This document shows, in pieces, positions 60,246-64,000 of a DNA stretch of 64,000 nucleotides (positions are counted from its first letter, which is position 1; every line of letters starts with the position of its first letter). The DNA is taken from assembly GCF_006345805.1 (NCBI RefSeq), contig NC_043010.1, positions 67,208,001-67,272,000 of the forward strand, written 5' to 3'. Source of the DNA: Octopus sinensis (taxonomy: Eukaryota). The position numbers and the translations under genes are program-made. The notes beneath the pieces are model-generated. The model did not search any database. It saw nothing but the letters and a program-made list of their open reading frames with translations, and was not told the DNA's origin.

Positions 60246-60469
60246 TAATCCATACAAGAAAGCACAAAACACAACAACGCGAGGACGTGGAACAAATATA
60301 GTATTATTGGATGCTCATTTTAAAACTTTGCTTCAGATAACACAAAATATACACATAGGACACAAAAATGTGGACATCAGTTAGAAAAAGATGATTTAAT
60401 TTCATCACCATAATCATAATTATCACAGTGAATAAACTAAATATAATGATATGCACCCTTTTAAAGCTT

Positions 60470-60695
60470 AATCAGGCTCATGGGCCTGATTCCCGGTTTC
60501 TATGTCGTATGTGTTCCCCAGCTGGATGGGACACCAGTCCATTGCATTACTCATTTTTGCCAGATGAGTGGACTGGATCAACATGAAATAAAGTGTTTTG
60601 CTCAAGAACACAACGCATTGCCCGGTCTAGGAATCGAAACCACAATCTTACGATCATGATGCTGACACCCTAACCACTAAGCCACGTGCCTCCAC
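60470..60695 (-). mobile_element. SINE D
   Basis: gctcaagaacacaacgc..ggaatcgaaacc..taaccactaagcca. Confidence 0.8.
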
Positions 60696-60735
60696 ACGCA
60701 CACACACACACACACATATATATATAATATATATA

Positions 60736-60807
<72 letters not shown>

Positions 60808-60933
60808 CTATGTATGTATGTATATGTAATATAAATGAAAAATGCATTAAATATTAATGCATTTATCATTTATTGAGTAACTGAACACCATGCATCCCAA
60901 CTTTTGTTAACAGTAAGTTTATATATATATATA

Positions 60934-60969
<36 letters not shown>

Positions 60970-61158
60970 AAGTTTTGAATGGTACAACAATGCGCTATAA
61001 TACAACAATTGGCTATATACCTGTTGTAATTTTATGGATGATTAATTACAACAGGTATAGAGCCCATTGTTTGTATTATAGTGCATTGTTGTACCATTCA
61101 AAACTTTTTATTCTTTATAAACAATACACAATGCTTCAAGCGAACTACAATACTCTCC

Positions 61159-61190
<32 letters not shown>

Positions 61191-61199
61191 TATATACAC

Positions 61200-61444
61200 C
61201 AGGGTAAGCACATAAATGCGAATGAAGGTGGAAAAAAAAATAGTACTCGAATACCAGAGGTAGAGTAATATGCTTTATTATTAAAGCTGCAAAAACATCA
61301 CAAAAATATCGCAATAAACTGCTACTCAGAGTTTTCCGTTCCAATTTGTTGGACAGTTTAGATTGAACCCATTCTCAAGCTAAACTGTCCAAAGAACAGG
61401 AACGTGAAACTCTGGGTAGCAGTTTATTGTGATATTTTTGTGAT
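61200..61444. repeat. Dispersed repeat ending in a 65-bp-arm hairpin (61297-61444)
   Basis: Arms 61297-61361 and 61380-61444. The same element occurs unfolded and inverted at about 37065-37210. Confidence 0.85.
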
Positions 61445-61851
61445 TTGTGTTTGGGTATGTATGTATATGTGTGTGTGTATATATATATATACACACACAT
61501 ACATATATACATGTATACATCTATCTATGTATCTATCTATCTATATCTATATTCATATATATATATGTGTGTGTGTGTATGTGTGTGTGTGTGTGTGTAT
61601 ATATATATTTATATATAGATAAGGACAGCAAGCTAGCAGATCCATTAGCATGCCAGGCGAAATGCTTAGTGGTATTTCGTTTGCCGTTACATTCAAGGTT
61701 CAAATTCCGCCGAGGTTGACTTGCCTTTCATCCTTTCGGGGTCGATAAATTAAGTACCAGTTATGCACTGGGGTCGATGTAATCGACTAGCCCCGCCTCC
61801 CCCACCCCCTAAAATTTTCAAAGCTTTGTACCTAGTGTAGAAATAAATATT

Positions 61852-61938
<87 letters not shown>

Positions 61939-62469
61939 ACAGACAGATAGACAGATAGATATGTGGGTCTTTGTGTCTGTTTTTGTTCACCACCACCACG
62001 ACCACCACTATCACTTAACAAATGGAGTCAGTGTGTTTATATCCCTGTAACTTAGCAGTCGATTCACTTGACTAAACCTTCCTCAAGGTTGTGCTCCAGG
62101 ATGGCCACAGTCTAATGACTGAATCAAATAAAAGATAAAAGAGAAATAAATTAATACCTCATTTAATTAATTGACTTTTTTTTTTATCGAGCTCTGGAAA
62201 ATGGGAAGTGAAGTTAATTACAATTGTACATTAAACTGGCTTTTTTTTTGTTACTTTTTTTTTATATCACCAACATGCTAAGACCCGACAAATAATGTGA
62301 GTTCATGGTTGTTTCCTGCACCAGCTTCACATAGCAGCCCCAGCCCATCCAAAGTCCCTTGGATTGCAGAATGACCTGCTGTGCTTACCTTGGATCATAG
62401 GGTGACCTGCTGTGCTTGAGGAGACCTATTGAGTCAAGTACATCAACATCAAAATAAATATCAAATAGA

Positions 62470-62740
62470 AATTGTAGTTGTGATACCTGTGCTGGTGGCA
62501 CGTAAAAAGCACCATCCGATTGTGGCCGCTGCCAGCCTCCCCTGGCACCTGTGCCGGTAGCATGTAAAAAGCATCCACTACACTCACGGAGTGGTTGGCA
62601 TTAGGAAGGGCATCCAGCTGTAGAAACACAGCCAGATCAAACTGGAGCCTGGTGCAGCCTCCTGGCTTCCCAGACCCCGGTCGAACCGTCCAACCTGTGC
62701 TAGCACAGAAAACAGGTGTTAAACGATGATGATGATTATG
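62470..62740 (+). mobile_element. Retroposon family C
   Basis: Core ggaagggcatccagctgtag; tail gttaaacgatgatgatg. Confidence 0.85.
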
Positions 62741-63360
62741 ACTCGCCATAACAAGCAAAAACCTTTTACCTTGGCAGGATTTTAAACCAGAATCCATACT
62801 AAGAGGAAGTATATGGGGAAGGGAGGTGGGTGGGTGGCATGATGCCAGGTGTTGAAAGGGTAAAAGTGTGGTGGAGGGACAAGCACAGGTGTTTTGCTAT
62901 GGAGGAGGTACACGGCTGAAGGAGATAAGAAGAAGGTAGTGTTGGGGTACAAGAGCAAACTCTCAAGGAACAAGAAGGTGAGCATAAGAGAGGACACAGA
63001 CGATGGACCATGGGAGGGGATGGGAGAGTGGATGCTTACATAAGAGTGTGAGGGGAGAGTAAACAGGTGGAGGTAGAGGTTAATGCTGTGAGTGATGAAT
63101 AAAGGTGTGGGTGCTGATGATGGGAAACTCCTGTATGTGGAGGGATAAGGTGGGAGATAAAGGGAGTGGTTCAGAAAGGAAAGGAGGGGAATGATGATGT
63201 GTGAAGGAGCATGGCTTAGTGGTTAGGATATTCAGCCTATGATCGTAAGGTCGTGAGTTCAATTCCCGGTGACGCATTGTGTCCTTGAGCAAGGCACTTT
63301 ATTTCATGTTGCTCCAGTCCACTCAGCTGGCAAAAACAAGAGAAAAGAAAGAATAGTTTT

Positions 63361-63625
63361 ATTATTATTCAGGTCACTGCCTGGAAATGAACTCGGAATC
63401 TTGGGGTTAGTAGCCCGCACTCTTAACCACTACGCATAACAACAACAACAACAATGAAAAATAACTTAGGAATGAGAACCTAGGTTCGAAATTCCCCAAG
63501 ACACCTGATGAAGGCTGGAGGGTATATCAGCTGAAACGTTGTGTTAACAATAAACAAGATGAGGACAAATATCCGTCAAATGTAAATAATGTACATAATT
63601 CTTCATCTCTTAAATATAGAACTGT
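63361..63625 (+). mobile_element. Retroposon family E with inverted 5' head
   Basis: The tRNA-like head 63361-63435 reads on the minus strand; the body 63436-63625 reads on the plus strand. Confidence 0.8.
63500..63545 (+). ncRNA. Minimal type I hammerhead-like motif (Penelope-type)
   Basis: GACAC-CUGAUGA-A-GGCUG(gaggguauau)CAGCU-GAAA-CG-UU-GUGUU. Stem I GACAC/GUGUU, stem II 5 bp, self-complementary ACGU at stem III. Confidence 0.5.
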
Positions 63626-63629
63626 AACA

Positions 63630-64000
63630 TTTAATGACCCTTTATTCAAGGTTTTGCGTCCCTATCTGAAAACCCTTCTCTGTATCTTCAACACATTCTG
63701 TTCTTAGTCCTAAGCCATCAGTACACAAGAGTCCCCATATACAGTCAGTCTTAATATCCCCTTTTATGGGCTGGAGGAATATAACAAATAAGATGGGGCC
63801 GAGAACTGATCCCTAACGGACCCTACCTGCATGCTAAATTCATTACTAAACTCATTGCTGACTCTCACCTTGCTGGCTGCATCTTAGTACATGGTTCATA
63901 TGGCCCCATGGTATGTAATGTGGTAGTCCTTATCAGCCACCAAATTAAAGAACATGGAATCCTGACAAAGGCCTTTTACAGGTCGATTAATGTTAGGTGC
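63630..64000 (-). mobile_element. RTE-clade LINE RT fragment, runs off the window edge
   Basis: IDL*KAFVRIPCSLIWW, DAASKVRVSNEFS and GSVLGPILFVIFLQ..CIWGLLCTDGL are decayed versions of the DLEKAFDRVP, QGSVLSPLLF and LLYADDL motifs. Confidence 0.85.

Overview
This is about 64 kb of AT-rich, repeat-dense animal genomic DNA, most likely from an octopus or other coleoid cephalopod. That assignment is inferred from the SNAP-25 sequence and the repeat families and has not been checked against a database. The only protein-coding gene I can firmly identify is SNAP-25 (minus strand, 15723-16370, 215 aa). Its whole ORF sits in one exon, preceded by a canonical splice acceptor 17 nt upstream of the ATG. 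This implies an upstream non-coding exon and probably a long 5'UTR intron, with candidate promoters near 48.7 kb or 52.6 kb. The rest is transposable-element debris and simple repeats: at least five short retroposon families (labelled A-E here), a decayed Tx1/L1-clade LINE, RTE, CR1 and Penelope-like RT fragments, a mariner, a hAT/Buster derivative with a perfect 8-bp TSD, piggyBac-type MITEs, a Helentron-type HINE, minisatellites and microsatellites. The most unusual signals are a tRNA-headed retroposon carrying a Penelope-type minimal hammerhead motif, a pri-miRNA-shaped hairpin, several near-perfect palindromes, two locally templated insertions, two textbook microexon signatures near 5.5-6.1 kb, and a CpG-retaining region with a TCTCGCGAGA motif cluster. 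TE boundaries are read by eye and are approximate unless TSDs or TIRs are quoted.
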